Below the pieces are notes generated by a model. That model saw only the letters and a program-made list of their open reading frames with translations, ran no database searches and was not told the origin of the DNA. This document shows positions 16,882 through 26,109 of a stretch of DNA of 32,000 nucleotides, in pieces; within the stretch, counting starts at the first letter, position 1; every line of letters starts with the position of its first letter. The stretch is from the NCBI GenBank assembly GCA_030606485.1, contig JAUWGH010000004.1, forward strand, positions 180,001 to 212,000, read 5' to 3'. The translations under genes and the position numbers were made by a program. Origin of the DNA: Promethearchaeota archaeon (GTDB lineage Archaea; Asgardarchaeota; Lokiarchaeia; Sigyniarchaeales; SOKP01).

Positions 16882-17337
16882 TTACATATTGGATGTATAA
16901 TTCCAATTTATTATTGAATCATTGTCTAAAGCATATTTATTACAGCCAATAGGACTTATCGCTCCATTAACCCAAAAATGCCAAGCATGAGTTGAATTCT
17001 GTGAAATTCCATTAATTGAAGTAATTAAATAATCGTCATATATTGCGTAATAATCATATTCTAAATCACAATGCTTATCTAATGCGTGAAAAACGGAAGT
17101 GTTATAGTTATAAAGCGAAAATCCAACCCATCTATCTACGGTTCCATTTCCATAATCCATATATAATGATATATTGCTTAAAGACTCTTTGTACACAATA
17201 GGTTGTCCATTGCTTCCATTACCATTATCATTTGGTGGGATAAAGACACCTATCTGGAATAAAATTAAAAATGTTAAAGAGATTGATGCGATGAGACCAA
17301 TTAATATAAATTTCAGAGTTTTTCCCAAAAAGATCAC
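16882..17337 (-). CDS. Membrane-anchored DUF4430 (transcobalamin C-terminal-like) protein
   Basis: N-terminal TM anchor, then TSVFHAL...YLITSINGI...WHFWVNGAISPIGCNKYAL...INWNY. Confidence 0.8.
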   Translation of the reverse strand: MIFLGKTLKFILIGLIASISLTFLILFQIGVFIPPNDNGNGSNGQPIVYKESLSNISLYMDYGNGTVDRWVGFSLYNYNTSVFHALDKHCDLEYDYYAIYDDYLITSINGISQNSTHAWHFWVNGAISPIGCNKYALDNDSIINWNYTSNM

Positions 17338-17378
17338 TTATTAAAAAAAAAAAATGAAAAAATTAATGTTTAAATATT

Positions 17379-18161
17379 TTATTTTGTATTAAAGATATTC
17401 TTTTTTTTCACCAATACTATCGCTATCACAGCTATAATACTCAATAAACCAAAAATCTCAATAGAATATCCCGGAATATTACCTTCTTTAAGCTGAATTT
17501 CTAAACTATAGAGATTAAAAAAGAGAATTTCAGTTTTTGCATAAATTAGGACTCCAGTATCTTTATTATATATAAGCGTTGTGTTTTGATTCCCAAAAGC
17601 AGGATCTTGTTTAAATACCAACTTAATTTGTGCTTGGTTAGATTCATCGAAAGTTACTGTACCCGGTACCCATCCTGTGGGATCAACGGAATTAATAGCC
17701 AACAATTTTTCATACGTCCAATTAATTGATGTAATAAACCCTGGGTTATAATCATTATAACCTAAAACGAGCATACTACCAATTTCAGTTGTCGATTTAT
17801 TCACGAAAGTAACATTTTTCTTCAAAACACCACCCTCTAAATATTTTGAAGTAATATTACAAAATGGAACTGGATTTAAATTCGATGCCCAAAAAACTGC
17901 TGATTGATCTGCGAAACCTAATAATATTATTGAAATTTCACCATTTTGGTTCGTGTCTAAGTATTTTCCTTCAGTCCACCAATTTACTGGTCCATTAAAT
18001 TCAATCACTTGATAATTATATGTAGTACCAGCTGTTAATGAAGAGGAGTAATGATCAGGAGGTGTTGTTGTAAATGCCGATATTCCGTTGGTTGCTTGAA
18101 ATATAAAGCCAATTCCGAGTAAAATTGAAAAAATTATGCCTATTTTTTTTATTTGCTTCAT
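17379..18161 (-). CDS. Secreted/surface protein with Loki-CTERM-like sorting tail
   Basis: N-terminal signal peptide; C-terminal IPGY + TM helix + KKK. Confidence 0.75.
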   Translation of the reverse strand: MKQIKKIGIIFSILLGIGFIFQATNGISAFTTTPPDHYSSSLTAGTTYNYQVIEFNGPVNWWTEGKYLDTNQNGEISIILLGFADQSAVFWASNLNPVPFCNITSKYLEGGVLKKNVTFVNKSTTEIGSMLVLGYNDYNPGFITSINWTYEKLLAINSVDPTGWVPGTVTFDESNQAQIKLVFKQDPAFGNQNTTLIYNKDTGVLIYAKTEILFFNLYSLEIQLKEGNIPGYSIEIFGLLSIIAVIAIVLVKKKNIFNTK

Positions 18162-18408
18162 TTTTTCATTAAGCCTTTTTTTATTGAAAAAATTTTATGA
18201 ATTATGTCTCTAGGAAAGTATGGCTATTAAAAAATCTTTCGCTAAACTATTTTTTATATAGAACATAGTAATAAAATTTCATAATGTTTTTTATAAAAAA
18301 TTCTAAAAATCTTTAAGAATATCCAAAAAAATTCTTAAAATTTGACACAAGTAGTTTTTCAATAATTTTAAAGAAAATGAGAATAATAAATATTTAAAAT
18401 TTTTTTTT

Positions 18409-18885
18409 TCATTTTTCTAATAAAACAACCTTTCCGCCAGCGGCTTCAATCTTTTTGACTGCTCTTTCACTTGCTTTATTAACAGATATATTAACTTTCT
18501 TACTTATTTCTCCTTTACCAATCAATTTTTGAACGTTCATTTTTGACAAATCAATTGAATATATTTCTCCAGATTTCTCTGCAATATTATTCTCAATAAA
18601 TTTATCCAATTTGAATTCTAAATCTTTAACATTAATGGCATTTACTTTTTCAATACGGTTAATCTTTTGAGGTCGTTTAAAGCCTTTTTTACCCATGCGC
18701 CAATCAGGATCTGGAAATCCTAACTTTTTTTGTTTGTAGTATAAAGATTTTTTACTTTTTTTCCATTGTGTTGTTTTTCCAGCACCAGCGCGTTGTCCTT
18801 TTTTTCTATGCTGACCGACCCTACCATATCCAACTGTTCGTGTTCCGCGCTTTTTTCTTATTTTCTTTTTAAATTTCCTTGTCAT
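18409..18885 (-). CDS. rpl15: 50S ribosomal protein uL15
   Basis: RKKRGTRTVGYGRVGQHRKKG, GKKGFKRP, KIEAAGG. Confidence 0.97.
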   Translation of the reverse strand: MTRKFKKKIRKKRGTRTVGYGRVGQHRKKGQRAGAGKTTQWKKSKKSLYYKQKKLGFPDPDWRMGKKGFKRPQKINRIEKVNAINVKDLEFKLDKFIENNIAEKSGEIYSIDLSKMNVQKLIGKGEISKKVNISVNKASERAVKKIEAAGGKVVLLEK

Positions 18886-18904
18886 TTAATTCACCATATG
18901 GGAA

Positions 18905-19420
18905 TTATAGCATTTTAAATAGAAGTTTATTAATATAATCACCAACATAGCCAAGAGAACCACCAGCTTTATAACTACGTTTAATTGTTCCCCGATATCC
19001 ACCTCGGGGAGGATGCATTCTAAATATTGGTTTTATTTTATAAATATCTTTATACTGAATTTCCCCTTTTAATAAACCGGTTGCTAGAGCATTTAAAGTT
19101 TTATATTTAGTTTTAAATTTGATGTGAGATTCAGTTAAAGGTTCATTTCCTTCGATATAGGCTCTATTTCGTAATAATTTTAAGAGCATTTTTTTATTGA
19201 TCTCACCATAACATACATAATCCTTAACTTTTTGGAGCATTCCAGTATAACTTTTATTTGGAAACACTAATATAGAATGATTTACCTTATGGAGTCTAAA
19301 CATTTTAAGAGTATCTAAAAGCTTTTTTCGCATCCCGGGGGCTCCGCGGATTCTTACAATGAATAACAATTTGGGGGTTTCTTGTTCCACAATTGAATTT
19401 TTGATTTCGGACATGGTCAT
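18905..19420 (-). CDS. rpl30: 50S ribosomal protein uL30 (long archaeal form)
   Basis: IVRIRG, LRLHKVNH-like motif, KVKDYVCYGE, FRMHPPRGG. Confidence 0.97.
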   Translation of the reverse strand: MTMSEIKNSIVEQETPKLLFIVRIRGAPGMRKKLLDTLKMFRLHKVNHSILVFPNKSYTGMLQKVKDYVCYGEINKKMLLKLLRNRAYIEGNEPLTESHIKFKTKYKTLNALATGLLKGEIQYKDIYKIKPIFRMHPPRGGYRGTIKRSYKAGGSLGYVGDYINKLLFKML

Positions 19421-19439
19421 TTTTTACATCTATAATTTA

Positions 19440-20078
19440 TTATTTTGATTTCAATATCATTTTATGTGCATTTTTTAATGCATCAATTGTTGCTTTCACT
19501 AAATTCTCTGACGTGCGTGTATCTCCTCGAGTTTTAGACCAGATATCTTCAATACCGACTAATTTTAATACACTTTTCACATGATCAGCACATGCTAAAC
19601 CGATACCGGCAGGAGCAGGAATTAAAGTTATACGAATACTTCCACATTTTCCTGATACTTTAAAAGGAATTGAATGAAACCCACCACAATCACATTCCCA
19701 TGAACCACACCCTTTCATTACGGGAACTATATTCAATTTTGCCTTGGTTATTGCTTTTCTTATTGCAGGACCCACTTCAGGGCTTTTTGCAGAAGAAAAT
19801 CCAATATATCCTTCACATCCGACGATAACTACTGCTTTAAATCTAGACCTCTGACCTGACCTTGTCATTTGTTGTACCATTTTTATGGTAATTACATCCT
19901 CTTCAAGATTTGGCAAAAGCATCTCAAAAATTTCCTTTTCTCGAACAACTAAATTTTCATTAAAAATTTTATCAATTGTAATTTCACCTTTTTGAACTAT
20001 TTCACCTAACTCAGTTTGAGGTACCCATTCCTTTTCCACTTTTCTTGGTTGTCGTTTATCTCTCCTTGTATCTGACAT
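19440..20078 (-). CDS. rps5: 30S ribosomal protein uS5
   Basis: EWVPQTELG, QQMTRSGQRSRF, GCGSWEC, KVSGKCGS. Confidence 0.97.
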   Translation of the reverse strand: MSDTRRDKRQPRKVEKEWVPQTELGEIVQKGEITIDKIFNENLVVREKEIFEMLLPNLEEDVITIKMVQQMTRSGQRSRFKAVVIVGCEGYIGFSSAKSPEVGPAIRKAITKAKLNIVPVMKGCGSWECDCGGFHSIPFKVSGKCGSIRITLIPAPAGIGLACADHVKSVLKLVGIEDIWSKTRGDTRTSENLVKATIDALKNAHKMILKSK

Positions 20079-20111
20079 TATTTTAAAATTCCCATAATCT
20101 TTTTTTAATTT

Positions 20112-20696
20112 TTATACTGTTCTTTTAATTTCTTTTAAGGTTTTATCTATGATACTGGTTATTTTTAGTGGATCAATCATTTTTAGATAACTTGAAAATT
20201 TTAATTTATATTGCTCATCATCAACTGCCAGTAGTTTGGCATAATTTTGAATATGAGTACCATTTATTCTTTCTTCAAAACCTTGAGGAAAGAAAAATTC
20301 TTTATGGGGAATTTCTATTCCTGCATCTAAAATACCCTTAAAGGCAGCCAGTTGCCTATGAAAATGACTCATTAATCCTAAATCTAAAATTGAATCATTA
20401 ATCTTTTTCTTTTTAGCCCTTATACCGGCAATATACCCAGTTAAATAAGCGGCAGGTAAATTCCCTGTATTTAATTGCCACCCATAACCTTTTACAAGTT
20501 CTTTTGAAAATGCAGAGGTTAATACAAAATCTCCTCCAAGTTTTGATTGTATAAACTGAACAATAATATTTTTGTTCGAAGCTCGTATTATCAATCGATT
20601 TTTTCTAGACATTAATAATTTCTTTCTACTATGATAATTAGTTTTTCCTTCTCTTCTACGTCGAGGAGGTAATTTATAAGTAGGTCCTTTAGCCAT
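20112..20696 (-). CDS. rpl18: 50S ribosomal protein uL18
   Basis: RRRREGKTNY, NLPAAYLTG, ILDLGL. Confidence 0.97.
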   Translation of the reverse strand: MAKGPTYKLPPRRRREGKTNYHSRKKLLMSRKNRLIIRASNKNIIVQFIQSKLGGDFVLTSAFSKELVKGYGWQLNTGNLPAAYLTGYIAGIRAKKKKINDSILDLGLMSHFHRQLAAFKGILDAGIEIPHKEFFFPQGFEERINGTHIQNYAKLLAVDDEQYKLKFSSYLKMIDPLKITSIIDKTLKEIKRTV

Positions 20697-21152
20697 TTAT
20701 CTACCCCTCCTTGTTAAATTTTGTTCTTTAATGTGCCTCTCTAGATGTGCCACACTATGAAACATATTACCCTTTGCTTTTCGGTATAGTTTTCGATAAG
20801 TTGATGTTGTTATAATTTTTCTATCTCTTAAAGTTTTTAATTTCCTTCTAATTGGACGGATTTTTTTAATCCATCGTTGTTTTTTTGGTGTTCGTGCTCC
20901 TTTTTTACCTTTTCGAGATCCATAACCTCGTGCTCTTCCTTTCTTTTTCCTTTCATGAAGTTTTTTCTTTCGAAAGTTACTTATTCCAATTTTATATTTT
21001 TTCTTTATTATTCCTTCTTTAATTAGACTCCTTACATCTTCACGTGTAATTGCCATTTTGATATCTTCAATGAAATATTGATCAAGATAGACTCGGTTCT
21101 CACCGCATTTTAATATTTCAGATGCCATTCTTCTTTGTGCGTTTAGATTCAT
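20697..21152 (-). CDS. rpl19e: 50S ribosomal protein eL19
   Basis: QRRMASEILKCGENRV, AITREDVR, GYGSRKGKKGAR. Confidence 0.97.
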   Translation of the reverse strand: MNLNAQRRMASEILKCGENRVYLDQYFIEDIKMAITREDVRSLIKEGIIKKKYKIGISNFRKKKLHERKKKGRARGYGSRKGKKGARTPKKQRWIKKIRPIRRKLKTLRDRKIITTSTYRKLYRKAKGNMFHSVAHLERHIKEQNLTRRGR

Positions 21153-21169
21153 AATATAATCACCTTTTC

Positions 21170-21739
21170 CTATTTCTTCTTACCTCTTTTTTTCGTTTTT
21201 GAAGCTAATTCTCTTAATTCAGCTAGTTCCTCATCTTCTTCTTCCTCAACTTCTTCTTCCTCAACTTCTTCTTCTTCCTCCTCTAACTCTTCTTCTTCAA
21301 GGATTACACCCCTATCAGCAATTTCTTCTAATGCTTCAAGTTCTTTTTGAGCTGCACCTAGATTAAGTATTCTAAATCCTTTTTCTTCAATGAGTTCAAG
21401 AAGTTTTATTCTTTTCTTCGCACCAAGCCTACTGCTAATTCTTAATGCATGAATTTTTGGATTTAGTCCTTCGAGGTCTTTTGGAGTTATAATATAAGCT
21501 TCGGTAAACCCAGAAGGATGAAGATATCTTACTGCTTTCGGTGTCCTATAGCCAATATTGGGAGATTTTACTCCAGCTTTCCACTTTCTGCGAGTTTTTG
21601 AATCAATACCTCGTGATTTGCGCCAAGAATCTTTAACTCTGACATATCGCCAAGATTCAATTCTCCTAAAAGACGGTCGAACCTTCTGTAGATGTGTTCT
21701 ATAACTCATCAATCTTTTTTTATCTTTATGCATTTTCAT
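21170..21739 (-). CDS. rpl32e: 50S ribosomal protein eL32 with acidic C-terminal extension
   Basis: RPSFRRIESWRY, WRKSRGIDSKTR, IGYRTPK..LHPSG; poly-Glu tail. Confidence 0.96.
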   Translation of the reverse strand: MKMHKDKKRLMSYRTHLQKVRPSFRRIESWRYVRVKDSWRKSRGIDSKTRRKWKAGVKSPNIGYRTPKAVRYLHPSGFTEAYIITPKDLEGLNPKIHALRISSRLGAKKRIKLLELIEEKGFRILNLGAAQKELEALEEIADRGVILEEEELEEEEEEVEEEEVEEEEDEELAELRELASKTKKRGKKK

Positions 21740-21751
21740 AGATACCTTTTT

Positions 21752-22330
21752 CTATTTTATTTGCCAGAGTATATGCTCTCCTAACCATTTTTGATATACA
21801 AAAATTCCATCTTGAAAGACTCGTTTATCTTTCTTTCTTAACCGACAAGCTCTTTGGATATTAGCTGCCATTTGTCCGACAACTTGGTTATCTATCCCTG
21901 TGATTATTACATCATCACCCTCAACTGATATATCTACGCCATCTATAATATTTTGAACCCTATCGGCTCGCTCTCCATTAAAATTTTTTATGTGAATTTT
22001 TTTACCTCGAATTTCGACAGTAATCGGAAAATGTGAATAACATATTTTAGATTTATAAGTATAACCTTCTTGAACTCCTAAAATTAAATTTTTTATTAAA
22101 TTTTTTACAGTTTTTGCTAGAGCAACTGTATTTCCTCTAGGGAAATTTGATGTAAATTTTAATTTAGATTTTCCTTCTAAGTCAATTTTGATTTTTCGTG
22201 CGTGAGAAAAATCTTTTACAATTGGTCCCCCTTTAGGTCCCTTTATCGTAATAATATTCGGATCTTTTAAAGATATCTCCACTTTTTCAGGAATGTCCAA
22301 TGATTCTTCCAAAAAGGCAATTTTCACCAT
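21752..22330 (-). CDS. rpl6: 50S ribosomal protein uL6
   Basis: KGPKG, YSHFP, KNFNGE, KDKRVFQDGIFV. Confidence 0.97.
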   Translation of the reverse strand: MVKIAFLEESLDIPEKVEISLKDPNIITIKGPKGGPIVKDFSHARKIKIDLEGKSKLKFTSNFPRGNTVALAKTVKNLIKNLILGVQEGYTYKSKICYSHFPITVEIRGKKIHIKNFNGERADRVQNIIDGVDISVEGDDVIITGIDNQVVGQMAANIQRACRLRKKDKRVFQDGIFVYQKWLGEHILWQIK

Positions 22331-22356
22331 CTTTTTTATTCACTCTCTTTTAATTA

Positions 22357-22743
22357 TCAATAAATATATGCTAATAAAATTCCTCCTAAATTCTTTGATT
22401 TTGCTTCATTATGAGTTAGAACCCCCTCATTGGTAGACATTATAATCAGTCCAAAATTTTTTGCTGGCAAGAATCTTTTTTCAAAATCTTCATATTGAGA
22501 AACCTTAATATTTAAGCGCGGAATTATTGCTTTACACTCATTTATTTTTCCAAGAAGATTAACTTTAAATTTATTTTGACGACCATCTTCATAGCGTTCA
22601 AATTCACCTATGTATGCGTGGGCTTGGAAGATCCTCAGGATTTTTTGAAGTAAATGTGGAGCTGGAGTTATAATTAAACTTTTCTTCCTTGCCATCTCGG
22701 CATTTTTAATTTGAATGCATGCGTCTCCTAATGTATTTGGCAT
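22357..22743 (-). CDS. rps8: 30S ribosomal protein uS8
   Basis: IKNAE, YIGEFE, LLGKINEC, FLPAKNFG, STNEGVLTH. Confidence 0.97.
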   Translation of the reverse strand: MPNTLGDACIQIKNAEMARKKSLIITPAPHLLQKILRIFQAHAYIGEFERYEDGRQNKFKVNLLGKINECKAIIPRLNIKVSQYEDFEKRFLPAKNFGLIIMSTNEGVLTHNEAKSKNLGGILLAYIY

Positions 22744-22766
22744 TATTAATTACCTTTTTTTTTTCC

Positions 22767-22916
22767 TTATTCAAATCTTTTGAATCCAATATCCTTAGCA
22801 ATTTCTCGAAAACAACGACGACAGATAAATAATCCATAACGTCTTATGATTGCTCTATGTGTGCCACACCTACGACAAACCCGTTGTCCTTTTCCATATT
22901 TTTTGTTGCTAGGCAA
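22767..22916 (-). CDS. rps14: 30S ribosomal protein uS14 (zinc-binding; not in ORF track)
   Basis: TTG start, 49 aa: (M)[48 protein letters not shown]; canonical position between uL5 and uS8. Confidence 0.96.
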   Translation of the reverse strand: MPSNKKYGKGQRVCRRCGTHRAIIRRYGLFICRRCFREIAKDIGFKRFE

Positions 22917-22949
22917 TTTGATTCACTTTTAACTTTTTAATTCATATTA

Positions 22950-23561
22950 TTAATATTCTATTTCCAATCTTCTAACAATTCGAGCTTTGAAAAATTTTTT
23001 GAGAAAAAATTGTGTTTCCTCTCTCTTAACATAATGATCTTTTTTAATTTTAGTCCGTTTTTTACGTCTAGTTCTAACACGCATTCCTTTCCTCACTATA
23101 CGCCCTGAGGTATTCAATCCCCATATTCCTATTGTGCTATCATATTCTACACCAGGAATTGAAATATGCTCGTCAATACCAAAAGAAAAGTTTCCGTAGT
23201 CATCAAAACTCCTGCGTAAAATTCTGTTATTATATACAATTAATAATCTTTTCAATAATCTTATTGCGGCTTCACCTCTCACAGTTACCATCACCCCGAT
23301 TGGACCTCCTTGTCGTATTCCCCACTCTTTTACAGATTTTTTTGCAAGCCTTCTCACTGGTTTTTGTTTAGTAAGATCTTCCAAAACCTGACTAGCTCGT
23401 TCAAGCTCTTCTCCACCCGTACCAACACCGATATTTAACACAATCTTTTCTAAATAGGGGAATCTCATTGGATTTTTCCAATCTGCTTCAAAATTTTGTT
23501 CCGATTTTTTCAATTTTGCAGCTTTTGCTTTTTTCGAATCCGCAGACACTTCACTTTTCAC
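22950..23561 (-). CDS. rpl5: 50S ribosomal protein uL5
   Basis: NPMRFP..EKIVLNIGVG, FDDYGNFSFGIDEHI. Start is GTG at 23561 or 23549. Confidence 0.97.
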   Translation of the reverse strand: MKSEVSADSKKAKAAKLKKSEQNFEADWKNPMRFPYLEKIVLNIGVGTGGEELERASQVLEDLTKQKPVRRLAKKSVKEWGIRQGGPIGVMVTVRGEAAIRLLKRLLIVYNNRILRRSFDDYGNFSFGIDEHISIPGVEYDSTIGIWGLNTSGRIVRKGMRVRTRRKKRTKIKKDHYVKREETQFFLKKFFKARIVRRLEIEY

Positions 23562-23573
23562 ATCCTTTTATAT

Positions 23574-24326
23574 TTAATTTTTAGGTAATTTTATTTCAGA
23601 TTCCTTATCTCCCAGCAATAGAACGTAATCATATAGTGTTTCGACCGGAGTACCATCTTTTTGGATAATTTCAACGGTACTCGCATTAGGACCAAATCGT
23701 TTGATTATTTTATTTATTTTTCCAACTTTAGCAATATTTTTACCTGCCACAATAATTGCTAATGAATTTTCTTTAAACTTGATATGAGATAAAATTTCTT
23801 GAGTTGGGATTGATAATTTTAAAATGTCCATTCTTTTATATACATCTTCCACTGGTTTTGTAGGATCTTTTACATTAATTTTTATATTTCTCCCATCATG
23901 AAGATTAAGTTGAACATGTCCCCCTTTTAAGGTTGTTTTGCTATTAATCCTACATAATTTAATTTCAGATTCTTTTTTTGGAATTTTAAATAATTTTAAT
24001 TCATGATGTGAATCAGGTATAATTCGATAATATTCTTTTTTCTTTTCAATGGATAGAACATCCATGATCCCTAATGGAAATCCTAAATCTCTTATGATTC
24101 GACCATCAACTTTAAAATAACCTTGACCAATTAATTTTTTTGCATCCCTATAATATGGAACAATTTTTAATAAATCTCTCACAATATGAAGTAAAGGGAG
24201 GCAAAATCTTCTAGGATGTGGGCCCGGTGAAGGATTTACAAAAAACTCTCCATGTTTTCTTTTAATTTGTAGATGTCCTGGCGTTGCTAGCCTTTTTGTA
24301 TGTTTTTTACTACCATGTGAAGTTAT
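23574..24326 (-). CDS. rps4e: 30S ribosomal protein eS4 (apparent ATA start)
   Basis: The frame of the track ORF extends upstream through TSHGSKKHTKRLATP...PSPGPHP...LPL to an ATA at 24324-24326. SD GGAGTGA lies at 24334-24340. Confidence 0.93.
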   Translation of the reverse strand: MTSHGSKKHTKRLATPGHLQIKRKHGEFFVNPSPGPHPRRFCLPLLHIVRDLLKIVPYYRDAKKLIGQGYFKVDGRIIRDLGFPLGIMDVLSIEKKKEYYRIIPDSHHELKLFKIPKKESEIKLCRINSKTTLKGGHVQLNLHDGRNIKINVKDPTKPVEDVYKRMDILKLSIPTQEILSHIKFKENSLAIIVAGKNIAKVGKINKIIKRFGPNASTVEIIQKDGTPVETLYDYVLLLGDKESEIKLPKN

Positions 24327-24333
24327 TTTTTTT

Positions 24334-24340
24334 TCACTCC
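24334..24340 (-). promoter_or_regulatory. Shine-Dalgarno site for eS4
   Basis: GGAGTGA 7 nt upstream of the ATA that matches the conserved eS4 N-terminus. Confidence 0.7.
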
Positions 24341-24757
24341 TTATTTTTTAATTGGTGCTTTTAATTTTTCCTCAACAAATTCATACCCTAATTTCCGTTC
24401 AATTATTTGTCTTCTTAAAGGATCCATTTTTTTCCCCTCTCCCTTTAACTTAGTGATGACTACCTTAGAAATGTGAATTGGCACATAATAAGAAGTGCCA
24501 TCAGGTTTTTCCAGCTTACATTCTTTAATAATAAGTTTCAAATTTTTCTTAATTTCCATAATTTCACCTTCAATATCCACAAAATCTCCCTTTACAACTC
24601 TCACTGAATCACCCGTCCTTATCGGGAGGCGTTTTATTCCATATTCTTCTCGCAAGAAATCAGCTAATCTACAAGAGAGTAATTTAGACCTTTGATGGAG
24701 TTTATAGTGTGCTAATGCTTTTCTCTGTTTGCCTGGTTTCTTACTTTTTATTTTCAT
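24341..24757 (-). CDS. rpl24: 50S ribosomal protein uL24
   Basis: SKKPGKQRK, LPIRTGDSVRVVKGDF, PIHISKVVITKL. Confidence 0.97.
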   Translation of the reverse strand: MKIKSKKPGKQRKALAHYKLHQRSKLLSCRLADFLREEYGIKRLPIRTGDSVRVVKGDFVDIEGEIMEIKKNLKLIIKECKLEKPDGTSYYVPIHISKVVITKLKGEGKKMDPLRRQIIERKLGYEFVEEKLKAPIKK

Positions 24758-24769
24758 GACTTTACTCCT

Positions 24770-25195
24770 TCAAACAATTAAACTTGCAATTGATGCTAAA
24801 CGCGGATATAATTCAGCGACTTCACGTGCGATCGGACCACGAATTTCCGTGCCTTTTGGGTCTCCTTCTCTAGAAATTAATACTGCTGCATTATCTTCAA
24901 AACATAACCTTGTTCCATCAACCCTTCTATAAATTTTTCTTTGTCGAACAATAACCGCCTTCATGATTTGTCCTCTTAGTTCAGGTTTTCCCTTCTTAAC
25001 GGTGCACGATACTACATTGCCAATTGCAGCTGATGGAATGCGATTGAGTCGAGTATGTAATCCGTCCACATTAATTATCTCGATAATTTTTGCTCCTGAA
25101 TTATCAGCTATTTTTACTCTTGAACCATTAAGCAAACCCCTTGAAATCTTATGTCTAGTAGCTATTTTTGTTCCGATTTTTCTTCGAGTACCCAT
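24770..25195 (-). CDS. rpl14: 50S ribosomal protein uL14
   Basis: ADNSGAK, VKKGKPELR, FEDNAAV, KGTEIRGP. Start ATG 25195 overlaps the uS17 stop (TAATG). Confidence 0.97.
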   Translation of the reverse strand: MGTRRKIGTKIATRHKISRGLLNGSRVKIADNSGAKIIEIINVDGLHTRLNRIPSAAIGNVVSCTVKKGKPELRGQIMKAVIVRQRKIYRRVDGTRLCFEDNAAVLISREGDPKGTEIRGPIAREVAELYPRLASIASLIV

Positions 25196-25545
25196 TAACT
25201 TTCCACCTTCCTTTCTAGTTTTTGAACAACACAAAATGCCTTAGTTTTCGAAATCGGCCGAGTTTCTCCAATTTTCACAAGATCACCAACATTAATTTCA
25301 TTTTCTAAACATGGCGGTAAATGAGCAGCAATTCTAGAATTTCTGCGTTCATAACGCTGATATTTTCTAATAAATTGTACAAAATCTCTTCTAATTATAA
25401 CAGAATTCTTCATATTTTTTTTTGCTACGACTCCTTGTAGAATTCTACCTCTGATTCTTAAAGTCCCATGAAAAGGACAATTAACGTCATCACATATTTC
25501 CTTTGGGGCATCCACACCCGGTATTCCAATATTTCTAGCGCTCAT
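25195..25545 (-). CDS. rps17: 30S ribosomal protein uS17
   Basis: RNIGIPG, CDDVNCPFHG, RYERRNS..AAHLPPC, GETRPISKTK. Confidence 0.97.
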   Translation of the reverse strand: MSARNIGIPGVDAPKEICDDVNCPFHGTLRIRGRILQGVVAKKNMKNSVIIRRDFVQFIRKYQRYERRNSRIAAHLPPCLENEINVGDLVKIGETRPISKTKAFCVVQKLERKVES

Positions 25546-25877
25546 TTTTTAAGCCATCTTCTTTTTTTTATATCTTTTATTCGATTTTCGGGGCGTCCTA
25601 CGATTTTATGCCCTTCTACTTCAAGAATAATTGGTTCTTCACCATCATTCTGTGGAAGCATGAACCGAAACTTATGATTTTTTTTTATATACATTTTTTT
25701 ATTATTATTATTGTTTAATGTAATTAGCATATTCTTTGTCTCATCAATTACTGTTCCAATATTTTTCCATTCCTTCCCTCGCTTTTCTTCATCATTCCTT
25801 AATGCTAATACATTTTCTAATCCAATTAAATCGTGATATATTAAATATTTAGGGTTCAATCTCATTTTTCTTTTCAT
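25542..25877 (-). CDS. rnp1: Ribonuclease P protein component 1 (Rpp29/POP4)
   Basis: HDLIGL, GTVIDETKNML, GHKIVGRPENRIK; canonical position. Start may be ATG 25865. Confidence 0.93.
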   Translation of the reverse strand: MKRKMRLNPKYLIYHDLIGLENVLALRNDEEKRGKEWKNIGTVIDETKNMLITLNNNNNKKMYIKKNHKFRFMLPQNDGEEPIILEVEGHKIVGRPENRIKDIKKRRWLKK

Positions 25878-26064
25878 TTATAACTGTTAAAATTCGTGCG
25901 ATTGCACGCCTAAGTTGTTTGGGTTTGGCAGGATTATCTCTTACTCCCCCACCTGTATGAATTGATCTTAACGTCAATAGTTCATGTCTGAGATCAATTA
26001 ATTTTTTCCTTCTCTCTGCATCTGACCAATTTCTTATTTCTTCGGTTTTTATTTGTTTAGGCAT
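25849..26064 (-). CDS. rpl29: 50S ribosomal protein uL29
   Basis: EIRNWS..ERRKKL, NPAKPKQLRRAIARILT. Confidence 0.96.
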   Translation of the reverse strand: MPKQIKTEEIRNWSDAERRKKLIDLRHELLTLRSIHTGGGVRDNPAKPKQLRRAIARILTVINEKKNEIEP

Positions 26065-26109
26065 ATTATTTCACTATAAATTAATTTGTCTTTTGAAAAT
26101 GTTTTATTC

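Noticed and set aside
25698-25716. AAT triplet run encoding NNNNN in Rpp29
   Set aside because: Short microsatellite in a loop; no sign of function.
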